From NCBI GenBank assembly GCA_905331295.1, contig CAJNYD010000035.1, positions 419,667-439,666 of the forward strand: a stretch of 20,000 nt of DNA. Reading direction: 5' to 3'. Under the pieces are notes generated by a model. The model saw only the letters and a list, made by a program, of their open reading frames with translations, was not told the origin of the DNA and did not search any database. Positions 1 through 11,654 of this stretch are shown here, one piece after another (position 1 is the first letter of the stretch; every line of letters starts with the position of its first letter). The DNA comes from Rotaria socialis (Eukaryota). A program made the translations under genes and the position numbers.

Positions 1-1525
1 TTTCTGGTATGCCCGGCTTTTCATAAAAGATCGGCGATGACGACGTACTATCTTCATTAACATAATCAACATCTGAATGGATAAAAATTAAATAAACAAT
101 TAATCAAAAAGAAAAATCTTGTTGTTTACTATTAAGCATCGGATTTTCAATCCATTTTTGTTCGACTTCTTGTTGTTGATCTGGAATAAAATGATTATTT
201 TCAGGTTTATCTTCAATTCTTATAGGCGATTCTAGTTTATCATTCTCTGAAAATGATAATTTTGGTAATGAACGATCCATTGATGTTGGCTTAATAAATA
301 CTGTATTTAGATGATCCATACGTTTAAGAATATTCGATGGTAAAATTGATGCAACAATACGATTCGCTATTTCTTCATTCGATGGTTTTGGTATGTCATG
401 CATTAAATCATGTTCATCACGTTGATGTTTTTTTAATTGTTCAATGGCATCAGCTGGAAAATCATAATGTTGATCTGAATTTATTTGCTTTCGATTCACT
501 GTAGCATAATGTACATCATCGTTTGAAACGAACGGAATCGGTGATTGTTGTTGTTGTTGTTCGTGCTGATATTGTGGCATTGTTGTTGATACTGGTACAG
601 TTCGATGAATTGGAATTGACGTTATTGATCGATCAGAGTGTGTAGGAGAAGGTAAAGATGATGTACCAATAAATTGTACTGGTATATCACGAATGCGATT
701 AGAATTTGAATCATGACTTTTCGGTGAATATTCAATATGATGATGATTTTGTTGTTGTTGTTGTTGTCTATGATCAATAATAAGATCAGGAATATGTTCT
801 GTATTTAGTTTTGAAATATCTATTTTTTGTTTATCAATCATAAAATCTGGTTGATATAGATCATCATTGAATGGTTCATTTTGCTTTGTTGCTACTGTTG
901 TTGTTGTTGTTGTTGTTAATGAAATTGTTGTACGTGCTGCTTCTTCTTCTAATGTTTGAAACATTTCTCTTGCTTTACGAAAACGTACTGTATGATCTTC
1001 ATTTGCATTACTTTTTGTTGGTGGATTTTCGGTCATTGCTAAGGATGATATACCATTACGCATTGAATTCATATTTGATTTATTATTGTCCAGTACCCGT
1101 GGATTAGATAAACTTCTACTACGCTCAATAATTGTGGATGATGATGTTGTTGCTAATGGTAATAGTTGTGTTGGTGGTGATACAGAAATTTCATCAGCAC
1201 CGTCGCCTAAACCACGTGTTGGTGAACTAAGACCTTCATGATGATTGCCGTAACGAGATCGATGTTCGCCAGATTTTAAATCATTCAATGTTAATGCATA
1301 CTGATTAAATACACTACGTAATCGACTTACATGACCAATATATTTATTTGTAGCATTCGGATGGTTACTGCTGTTGTTATTATTGTTATTTGGTGATGTA
1401 CGACTGTGATGAATTGCAGTATTATTATTAGAATCTGCCGTTGGCGAATCAACGATAAGATTTGATGCTGATTCAGTATGGGTAAAAAGAGACGGGACAG
1501 CTGGTTGGATGAGGATGTCCGCCAT
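1..1525 (-). CDS. PPP1R9: Neurabin/spinophilin-like PP1 regulatory subunit, 5' portion (exon 1525..130, intron 129..73, exon 72..<1; continues beyond the window)
   Basis: 473-aa low-complexity ORF. KYIGHVSRLRSVFNQ resembles the neurabin N-terminal actin-binding motif (KYGSNVHRIKSMFLQ), and DHTVRFRKAREMFQTLE resembles the invertebrate spinophilin 'H..RF..AR..FE.L' motif. A 57-nt phase-1 GTAAAC...TTCAG intron leads to NVDYVNEDSTSSSPIFYEKPGIPE, resembling the 'E.PGL.E' segment just before the PP1-binding motif. Motifs were compared from memory; the PDZ and coiled-coil domains would lie outside the window. Confidence 0.65.
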
Positions 1526-3039
1526 TTGTTCTTTTCTCTTTCTGTTATCGTAATTTTCTCTGCTTTTGTTGCTTTCTTATATTATATATATATATATCGG
1601 TTGCTAATGTTTGCCGCCTGTCGTAGTATTCCTCGTTAAGTTACTAACAACCGTCCCACCTATCAATCAATAATAGTAGAGTTTTATTCTTTGTTCTGGA
1701 AGATATTGATGCCAATAACAGTCGATGATAGCTAACCGATGCATTATAATCAACAAGTACAAGGCACGAGTGAGTTTTAAAAAAAATGAGTCAAAGAGAA
1801 AATGAATATCTAAATATAAGAAAAAGATCAATATGTAAAAAGAAATTTCTTTTCTGATTACTATCGTAGAAAAAAAAGGTCAATTGTGAAAGAAGAAAAG
1901 ATGTTTATCGGAAGATAAATGAGGCCAACTATTGACATTCTATCCTATCACATACTAAAAAAAATATAAACGAGAAAGAATACCGACCACTGGACTAGTC
2001 TCTTTTGTATATTTACAATAGAGGGACAAAAGAAATGAATGAACAAATGTCCAAGGACAACAAACGACAATGATCAGATCAAGAAAAAAACCAATCATAT
2101 TCATGCTCTTTAAGACAATTAAAAGGAATGAAAAAGAATAAAGTGATATCCATTACATTGTTGATGTATTACAGATTATACGTTCATTTCAAAGTCAAAT
2201 AACAAAAAAAAAGGTCGAGATGGACGGACATCGATCTGACAATAATTGATTTGATCGATCTAATCGCCGTCAGCGACGGGCAATAGCCAGTAGAGAGAAA
2301 ATAAGAAAAAAATAAACATGATTGCTAATTTGTCCAACGAGGACGCCAATCATCCAAGTTTCTTATTTATTGATCAGTGTCAGACTCATACGCCCTCTAT
2401 CAGTAGCGTCAATCATATGCCGACTTTTTGACGATAATCTTTTTTTTTCTGTTGAGTAACCATGATTCAATACTAGTCAGAGATAAGTGTCTTTTTTGTG
2501 TAAGAAAAAAGAACAGAAATAAAGTAAACTATTTGCCAACCAAGACCAAAACAATTAGACTTTGAATATAGACGATGTAATTTGCTGACTTTTATCGGAT
2601 AGGGACACTTTCTTTTAATTGTCCTCGTCCTTTGAGTACCATCATGTAAGAAAATATTTTCTCTTTATTCTTATCTTCAGTATCAGTAAGATTCATAGTT
2701 TCTATTTATAGGTTATGTTTAAACGTAGCGTCCAATCTAATTATCTATTACAAGGTCGTCAGATTTATTTTTAGTGTTATCTATAGTTAGCAACGAATAG
2801 TCGATCTAATAAAATCTAGCAAGTATTTTTAAACTTGATTATCATCATTAAAATACATCATGTTCTGAGCTTTTCTCGGTCCACTGAAAATAGTACGAGT
2901 AGAGAAGAAAATCGTATATAATAAAGAACTATAAATGTCACGCGACCATATTGCGCCGATGTTACTGTTCCTAAAAAAAAGTTCGTCATCCATGTTGCCA
3001 TTGGAGAATTCTTTAGGTGTTGCAGCCAAAAAAAACAAG

Positions 3040-3430
3040 ACAAAAATAAAACAATGAGAAGAATATGAATTTGATTATATCTCCTCTGTATTGTATTTGT
3101 GTATCTTCAACGGGTTCGAATTATCAGCAACGTAAATGACGAAAACGTGAAAAAAGCTACATTACAACATCACTCATATTGGCTACTATTTTTAGCTTTG
3201 TCTATTTTTTCCTTGCTTTGTTTTTTTTCTCTTTTCTTTTTTTCCTCCACTCAGTGCATACGCGTATTTGCGTCAGGATATGACAGAAGGTCGTTGTTGA
3301 TGCTTATTTCTAGGTCTATTTTTTCTTTGTTTTGCGATAGACTTCTTTCACATTGGTCTTCTCGACGCTATATTTATAAGTAAACTATTAGTTGATGACA
3401 GATTTTGTTGAAATGAAGATTCATTCATGG
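3040..3430. promoter_or_regulatory. Candidate divergent promoter/5'UTR region between the neurabin-like and HDAC genes
   Basis: The genes are head-to-head. The region has a TCAGT initiator-like motif at 3251-3255, the palindrome ATACGCGTAT at 3258-3267 and a strong donor ATG|GTAAGC at 3429/3430. No transcript evidence. Confidence 0.3.
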
Positions 3431-6400
3431 TAAGCATATTTATATTTTTTATATCTATCTTGACCATCAATCCTAAGAGAATATCCTTCCATAAATGTTA
3501 CTGCTAATATTTGCACAAGATTAAATATATTCATATAATAGTTCAAGGAATATTTCATGTATTGTATTGATTTATTCGAATTTTATTCTCAACCGATTAC
3601 AATATTTTATACATTGATATATAAAAACATAAGATTATAATAGTAAATAATGAGAGTTTCGAGTACATCGGCAATTATCGCTCTAGGGCAAGGCATAATA
3701 TTCTGTAGTTGACAAAAATAGCACAAAAAATAGAATGCTTGATGAATGTTTATTGAAAAGCGGAAAAAATAATACATCGTGTCGTTGTGAACTTCTTTAA
3801 TAATAATATGAAGAAAAAGAAGAAGAAGAAAAAACGAAAGAAAGAAAAGTTTGACAGAAGATAATAGTCAATGCATTGTTCTACAAAAGAAATGATGAAA
3901 CAAACAAAAATAGATATCTTATGTAATCTACACCTTTGCGAATCATTTATTATATCGATAAATAGTACTATAGACGATAAAGCAGATGGCTACAACACCA
4001 ACAAGACTAGATTCTACACGATCAATACATAAGCAAAAAAAACGACAGGTTAGTTTTCATTGTTCGAGAAATGTTGTAGTAGTTTAAAAAAAGAACCAAA
4101 ATTAATACTTGAAAACTTTTTTTTCTTCTTTTGAACGAATGCCTAACAGTTGGCGATTATTTTTTCTCTCCTTCCAGTCTTCCTGTTCGTGCAGAATTTT
4201 GTCCTCTTGTGATTATTATTATTTTTACTGAGGCATTCATTTATTCATTCTGTTCGTCTTTTCTCATTTTCTTTTCTTTCTCTATTCATTTATAATAATA
4301 AAAAACCGACAAGAAAAAAAAAGTATATTTATATATAAATATATACGTGTTGTTTTTGCATTTCATTTACAAGGAAAAGATATGACCTAAGCAATATGTG
4401 TACTTCTTTTTAGAATAGAATAGATTTCGGCATACCATGTTAAACATAAATTTATGCATGCATGAGGAATATCGTCAAGCAGAAAAAGCTTTTATTATTA
4501 TTATTAAACTTCTCCTTAAAAATTGTTGCTTGTTGTTGTTGACGAACACGATTGTATGCACCTGAAAGAAAGAGCTGTCATCGCAACTTGAAAGAAGGGG
4601 AGGGACCGAGTAATGTACTGCCATGCATATTTTCGTCATTTTTTTTGCATTCGACCAATAGTATTAGAGGTGCCGTTGGAAGAACACGATCAATTCAAGT
4701 AGAGTAATGCGTGTGACATAAGTAAATCACAGTTACTATTAGATGGTTGCAATAGCTTCTTTTGTTTGAATTTTTCACGTGCGTATTTAATGATAATAAT
4801 AATAAAAAAAAAAGCCAAACCATTCTTGATTAAGCTAACTAGAACATAGTTGCTGTGTCAGTTTATCGATGTTAGTCATTGCGAGAGAATACTAAGAATA
4901 AACTATGGCATTATTTCAGTGCCTTATGTCAAAATAAAACATTATCTACTCATTGTAATAACTCATAATTAATCAAAAGTAATAGATAAACAGTAGTTTT
5001 CATTATTCTTTATTATAAGTTATTTATATCTAAACGACTTTTACTAACCTCATTTATATATAGCATGTCTTTTTGTCATGCTTCAGCTTTTTATCTGTTT
5101 TTTTTTCTTCTCCTCAAGTTTTTATTTTATTCGTCTGATAGAAAAATGAGATAGCCAAAGACAAGTAGAACGAAGAAGAAAAGAAAAATAAGTACTTCAA
5201 CTAAAGTCAACTGACATACATAGATGCATTAGAGTAAGAGCAGCATCTGTAAAAGAATGGTTCATTTTTTTCCCTATTTTCTTTTTAAATACTCTTCTAA
5301 TATAAACCACAATTCTTGTTTTTCTTTCAATGGGATTTTATTGTTTTCTAGAGAAATATTTTATCAACAGAAGAATCTTTCATGGTTGATCTTTGTCGAC
5401 CGTCGTCCTTACCGGCCAATAACTCACGGAGTTCACCTAACAGTACTAATGATACAAATAGTGGAAGTTCAACTTTCTTCCCATCATTATTCGTATGTAT
5501 AAATTAAATTATTAACAGAAAAAGAAAAACGTCAAATATTATATTTATTCATCTATTTTAGCTTCCTTATTCGCAACTGATTGACCCTGATAGACAAGGA
5601 TCGGTTACAGCGGCTATAGCAGCTGCTACAGCTGCTGCTGTCATGGCATCATCAACTCTGGAGCGAACACGTCTTGAAGAAGAAAAATTACGTGTTCATG
5701 CTAAAGATAAGAAAGATCAAAGTAAATTTTAATATTTCTTCTTAAAAAAGATTCGACAACATATTTGTATTTATATCTTTGTAAGGTGCAAATGCTTCTG
5801 CTGAGGTTAAAACTCATTTGAAAACTTTTCTTTGCCGAAAATTACAAAAAGAAGGCAAATTAGGGTAAATTAAAAATTTGATTTTTTAAACATAAATTAA
5901 ACTATTATTTTGGAATCATCATATAGAAATGAAGAATCAATGGATATGTTGAGACGATTTCAATCAGAACCTGTACTTGCTAACCTACGTCTAGAATCAG
6001 GCAATTTAAAAATCAAATCTGATTTACGTCAAAGTATTATTAATCGCCATCGGCATGTTACACCAATGTCAGATACCCGTCATCCAATACGCTCAACAAA
6101 TCTAGCTGAAAAACAGAAACATGCTAGTATGTATCAAATAAACATCTAAGAAATACTATAATTACAAAAACAAAAGTGAGAAACTAGTAGATTTTCATTA
6201 ATATTCTACGAAGGCTATTTTTAGTAAAGAAACAAAAGAAAGATAGGTCTTTTTTTGAAACAAATTTTTTTCTAAAAAATACGACACAAATCCTTTACTC
6301 TTGATGAAAACTATAATTTTTGGGTAAACTTATTTCTACTCAATTATCATCTTTACTTTCAAGAGTAAGATACTAGATAGAATCTATTTTCATTATTATC

Positions 6401-8660
6401 AGCCCTACCTATTCCAATGCTGTCATTTGATTCTCAAACTGGTCAAATACTTGCTCCGGAACAATTGTGGTTTGATTTAAATGATTTACAACAAAAACTA
6501 TATAGTTGCTATTCAACAGGTAAATGAATTATGCGTACACACGAAAATATTTTATTGAAAATTGTGTAGGTTCTATAAGTGGAACTAATCTTAGTCAACA
6601 AAATCACTTGAATATTATACATGGCAATCAAAATCGTACAAATATTCTTGGCCCAAAACATTTTATAGTCGAAGAAGAAAATGAAGCATTATTAGCAAAA
6701 GAATTACAGGAAGCAAAAATTCAAAGTCCCTTCAATAGCCATAGTTCCATGCATAGTAGTCAACCACACATATTCAATTTAGAATCCAGTGATTTTACGG
6801 CTAAAAATTCAAATGTAATAAGAGAGAATAAACAGAATTGTGATTTATAAAGGAAAACTGTTTTTCTCTCTCTCTCTCTCTCTTATAGTTACCATCGGAT
6901 CGTTTAGTGTTGCATTCCAAATCATTATCATCTTTATCAGCGTTAGCATCAACAACAGATAATAAATTACAAAAAAGTCAGTCCGGTACTATACGACTGC
7001 GTTTTACTACTGGTAAGATTAGCCGTTTTATTTTCCTCCAATGAATTTATTTATTTCCTTTTTAATTGAAAATAAAAAGGAATTGTTTACGATGAAGATT
7101 CATTAAAACATGAATGTTATTGTAAACGCACAGATCTTCATCTTGAAAATCCTCGTCGTTTACTTGTAATTTATGAACTATTGAAAAAATGTAATTTACT
7201 AGAAGATTGTGAAATAATTCGTAATTATTGCGCAACAATTGATATATTAACTAATTGTCATCAGTGAGTTGGAAGAAAATAATTTTTGAAAAAGATATAT
7301 GCACTCTAATTTTTTTTCATAGTCCTAATCATGTATATCTATTTGGTTGTGATCAACGACAACGTACACAACAATCGGCCATGCTGTTAACACAACGACT
7401 GAATTCCATTGTACAATTACCATGTGGTGGTTTTGGCATTCATGATGATACCGATACTGTATGGAATGAACTATATACAGCACGTGCATGTCGTTTAGCT
7501 ATTGGCAATACTATCGAATTATCAAAACTTGTCTTTGATGGAACATTAAAAAATGGTTTCGCTCTCGTAAGACCACCAGGTCATCATGCAAGAGAAAAAC
7601 CATTAGGATTTTGTTATTTCAATACTGTTGCTATTACAGCGAAATATTTGAAAAAACATCGAAATATTGAACGTATTGCTATTGTTGATTGGGATATACA
7701 TCATGGAAATGGTACACAAGATTTAACCTATGATGATCCTAATATTCTTTATATATCGTTGCATCGTTACGATAATGGAACATATTTTCCTGGTGGCGGA
7801 CGAATTGAAGAAGTTCGTTGAAATAATAAATAGAAGAAAAGAACAACTTGCAAAAGATAATTTGTTTTCTTCTCTTCTCTATTTTCAGTGTGGATGTGAT
7901 AATGGTCTGGGTAAAAATGTGAATGTTGGTTTCTCTGCTGAACCACAAACCATTATGACTGATGTAGAATATTTAGCAGCATTTAGGTAATTCGATTGTA
8001 GTGACCAAAAATTGATAAAAAACAAACAAACTACGTATGACTCTTGTTTTCAGGAGTATTGTTATGCCCATATTAGAACAATTTCAACCACAACTTATTC
8101 TTGTTTCAAGTGGTTTCGATGCATGCATGGGACATCCACATCCACTTGGTGGTTATGAACTAACACCAACATGTAATACAAATAAAAACAGAATGTTTTC
8201 CTCTATTGAATGTTTTCTTTTTCTTTTTGTTCTCTCTTAGGTTTTGCTTATATGACAAATCAATTGATGAAGCTTGCTGATGGAAAAGTTGTTTTAGTTT
8301 TAGAAGGTGGTTATGAATTAAATGCATTGGCACAATGCGGAAAAGCATGCGTTGAAGCTTTACTTAGCCGAGAAGTAAGACTTTTCTTTTCTCACGTAGA
8401 TTTCTAAATTATTTCAATACTTTTCTATTGCATTTAGTTGCCATCATTTAGTAAAGAAACTCTCGAAGCTAAACCAAATCCATATGCAGTACATAGTTTA
8501 CAGCATGTCATGGAAGTACAGCGTATGTATTTAGATAGTCTAAAAAAATAGACTAAAGTTTCATCTTTGTTATGTTCTTTTTTAAGGTGAATTTTGGCCA
8601 TCAATTGCACAATATAAACATTTGATTTCCGTGTCTCATGAACAAGCCATTTCTTCGTGA
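3427..8660 (+). CDS. HDAC4: Class IIa histone deacetylase (HDAC4/5/7/9 family), ~750 aa, 15 coding exons
   Basis: Manual model join(3427..3429,5352..5492,5562..5721,5786..5864,5927..6126,6403..6519,6570..6814,6889..7012,7080..7263,7323..7812,7889..7986,8054..8172,8241..8374,8438..8522,8587..8660) = 2253 nt, all introns GT-AG and phase-consistent. Motifs: MEF2-binding [16 protein letters not shown]; 14-3-3 site LRRFQSEP; class IIa structural Zn residues HECYC..H and LPCGG; catalytic [33 protein letters not shown]. The ATG-only first exon is less certain; an alternative start is ATG 5382. Confidence 0.95.
6865..6882 (+). repeat. (TC)9 microsatellite forming an intron polypyrimidine tract
   Basis: Directly visible, just upstream of the TAG acceptor at 6886-6888. 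Confidence 0.9.
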
Positions 8661-9165
8661 TTTGATATTATTTCATCGTTAGTACATGCTGCACAAGATT
8701 TCATCATGATAATGTTGCTGCTGCTAGTGATGATGATTTTGTAAAAAAAAATATTTTTTCTTATGTTCTATTTACGCGTTTTGTCAATTATCTCATGATG
8801 TTTTCACCGGTAAACATATGACCTATATATTATTTTCTCGTATATTTTGTCGGCTGATTTGTTTCTACCTGTGTATATCTAAAAACAATTCTTCAGTGAC
8901 TGCTAAGCAGCTTCTTAATTATTTTAATTTTTCTTTTAAAAATATTCACAACAAAAAAGACTCCTGAAGAAGAACAGCCAAATTATCATCATCTTCCTTT
9001 CAACTATCATTTGGTTTTTATTTTCAAGCTGATATATATACATATATTTTCTGTGTCCTTTTCTCTCTTTTAACGTTCTCAGTGTCGCTCAATTTTCATT
9101 TTGTAAATCATGTAATTGTGTCTTTTGCACGTGCATATGCTTCCACAATTACAATTGAATAATGA

Positions 9166-9177
9166 AATAAAAATAAA
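9166..9177 (+). terminator. Tandem AATAAA polyadenylation signals, probable HDAC 3' end
   Basis: AATAAA at 9166-9171 and 9172-9177, about 500 nt after the stop codon. The motif is common by chance in AT-rich DNA. Confidence 0.45.
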
Positions 9178-9444
9178 CAAAATGAAATTCTTAAAGATTA
9201 TTGCCACGACGTTTACTCTTTTTTCATGAGTCTTTGTCAATGAGCACAATCAATAGTATCGTACCTTTACAAAGATATTTGTGTAAAGTAATATAAATTG
9301 TCGTTCTTTTACTGTAGAGTATTGACTATGTAAATAATAGTAGTTTTTCTCTATATTGATAGTTTAAAAATAGAGCAATAGAATATTATAGTATGCTGCT
9401 TCAACGACTAATGTTTGTTTTTCTTTAAGAATTTCCCATAAAAC

Positions 9445-9445
<1 letters not shown>

Positions 9446-9478
<33 letters not shown>

Positions 9479-9490
9479 GTTGTTATTATT
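9446..9490. repeat. (ATT)11(GTT)2(ATT)2 microsatellite
   Basis: Directly visible. Confidence 0.9.
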
Positions 9491-10979
9491 AACTTATTTT
9501 TAGTGAATTTTAATGTAAAGAAAACTAAAACATTAAGTCTACACATTGAATCATTTGTGTACTATGAATTGCCGCTGTGCATATTTTTTATAATTTCAAA
9601 AGAAACAAAGTGCTAAAGAAGTTTGAAAAATTCTATTGAAGAAAATTGAAAACAGATACTTCCTATTCCGATGTATTCTTTTCATTTCAAACTAGTGTTA
9701 TGTGAAACTCGTTGTATTGAATTGAAGATGCTGTATTTTAAGGGATTCCTTCAAAATAGTAATCTTTCCTGAAAAAGACTATTTTCAGCCTTATGAAAGA
9801 TCATCTCTCAATTATTTTACAAGTTTTGCAGCTGGAACTTTGATTAATATAATTGTTTCTTCGACTTCTGTTCAACTTTCCAATGTTTTTGTTGTTGAAA
9901 TTCAATCAATGCTTAAGATGCAAATGGTATTAATTTAAAAAAAGAACACTCAGATCTTCTATATAATGGTCAAAAATATTTTATGTAACATATAATTGAA
10001 TCGATGTTATTAATTAAAATTTATTTTTGTCTTATTTCTATTAATCATGAAAGAGTAATGTTAATGTACTTAGTTTGATCTAATTGATCATTGTTTTTTT
10101 CTACATGAAAGGATAGAAAAAGTTTCTTTATTCTCTACTCTGCTAGCATAAAAATAGATGAAGAGTAATACACATAGGATTGCTAACGATAGTATCTTAT
10201 TACCGTTCAATACTCTTGTTTAAGATATGTCTATATACTTATTTAATGGTTATCGACTCAGTTATGCAACAAATCGTACTCAACTACATAATGTGTTCTA
10301 CTTTTCTTTTTGCTATGTTCTCTTTTTCACCCGGAAATGTCGTTTTTTTAAGTATGATGCAGAAACACATTAGAAAAACAGTTTCCAAGGAAAGCCACAA
10401 GTTTTTTGCTCATCGATAAATAGTTATCAAGTATTGTGTTGTTTTAAAACATAGATGTATTTGTTACTTTCTAAAATAACAAAACCGATATGATATCTTA
10501 TGATTCAAAAGTTAATCGAGAACTTTTTCTATAATAGGTATAAGAGTAATTAAAATTAATAAACTTCATTATGCTTGGATAAATTCGCCAGAATAAACAT
10601 TAATTATGAGCATAATTACAAATTGTGTCTATTATTTAAATGAAACGCTTTAATAAACCTTTGAATCAGATTCTTTTTAATTAAGTTTATTGTACATAAT
10701 TATGTATTTTGTGGAACTCACATATATTTTCGAAGAAAATAGTGAGTGTAAGTTTAATTGTGAGATTTTTTCGGCTCCCCTGTACCCCACCCCCCCCTCC
10801 CCATTACAGACACAAAACATGAAAAAACTAACACTTCGATGCACTAATTAGATAAAATTTTTGTACAGATCGATTCCCTATGTTCACCACTACTCACATC
10901 ACTAATAAAAATCTAGTTTCACTAATTAGAAATCGTTATAATTAGGATTTAATCCATAATTAATCATCAAAATCTGTCG

Positions 10980-11034
10980 TTTTTATTATTATAGTGCATA
11001 GTTACGATAGTAGCGCATATTTTTATTATTATAG
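10980..11034 (+). repeat. 15-bp direct repeat at 40-bp spacing running into the gap (possible tandem array edge)
   Basis: TTTTTATTATTATAG at 10980-10994 and 11020-11034. Confidence 0.6.
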
Positions 11035-11654
11035 NNNNNNNNNNNNNNNNNNNNNNNNNNNNNNNNNNNNNNNNNNNNNNNNNNNNNNNNNNNNNNNNNN
11101 NNNNNNNNNNNNNNNNNNNNNNNNNNNNNNNNNNNNNNNNNNNNNNNNNNNNNNNNNNNNNNNNNNNNNNNNNNNNNNNNNNNNNNNNNNNNNNNNNNNN
11201 NNNNNNNNNNNNNNNNNNNNNNNNNNNNNNNNNNNNNNNNNNNNNNNNNNNNNNNNNNNNNNNNNNNNNNNNNNNNNNNNNNNNNNNNNNNNNNNNNNNN
11301 NNNNNNNNNNNNNNNNNNNNNNNNNNNNNNNNNNNNNNNNNNNNNNNNNNNNNNNNNNNNNNNNNNNNNNNNNNNNNNNNNNNNNNNNNNNNNNNNNNNN
11401 NNNNNNNNNNNNNNNNNNNNNNNNNNNNNNNNNNNNNNNNNNNNNNNNNNNNNNNNNNNNNNNNNNNNNNNNNNNNNNNNNNNNNNNNNNNNNNNNNNNN
11501 NNNNNNNNNNNNNNNNNNNNNNNNNNNNNNNNNNNNNNNNNNNNNNNNNNNNNNNNNNNNNNNNNNNNNNNNNNNNNNNNNNNNNNNNNNNNNNNNNNNN
11601 NNNNNNNNNNNNNNNNNNNNNNNNNNNNNNNNNNNNNNNNNNNNNNNNNNNNNN
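11035..11654. other. Assembly gap (620 N)
   Basis: Run of N. Confidence 1.

Noticed and set aside
871..1107. Leu-rich plus-strand ORF (78 aa)
   Set aside because: Antisense shadow of the poly-Thr (ACA)n tract in the neurabin-like exon.
2829..3383. Short ORFs at 2829-3038, 2858-3043 and 3099-3383
   Set aside because: Non-ATG starts, homopolymer-driven composition and no recognisable motifs; more likely UTR or promoter sequence.
5257..5502. 81-aa ORF
   Set aside because: Wrong frame. The HDAC exon 5352-5492 is read in another frame that is phase-consistent with the next exon.
7739..8348. Minus-strand ORFs overlapping the HDAC
   Set aside because: Antisense shadows of HDAC exons and introns.
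9364..9546. Poly-Ile ORF resembling a membrane peptide
   Set aside because: Product of the (ATT)n microsatellite.
9700..9940. Stop-free plus-strand stretch (~70 codons)
   Set aside because: No start or splice context and no recognisable motif.
10980..11034. Repeat-spacer-repeat resembling a CRISPR array
   Set aside because: Only two 15-bp AT-rich copies, eukaryotic context and no cas genes; better explained as an element-internal repeat.
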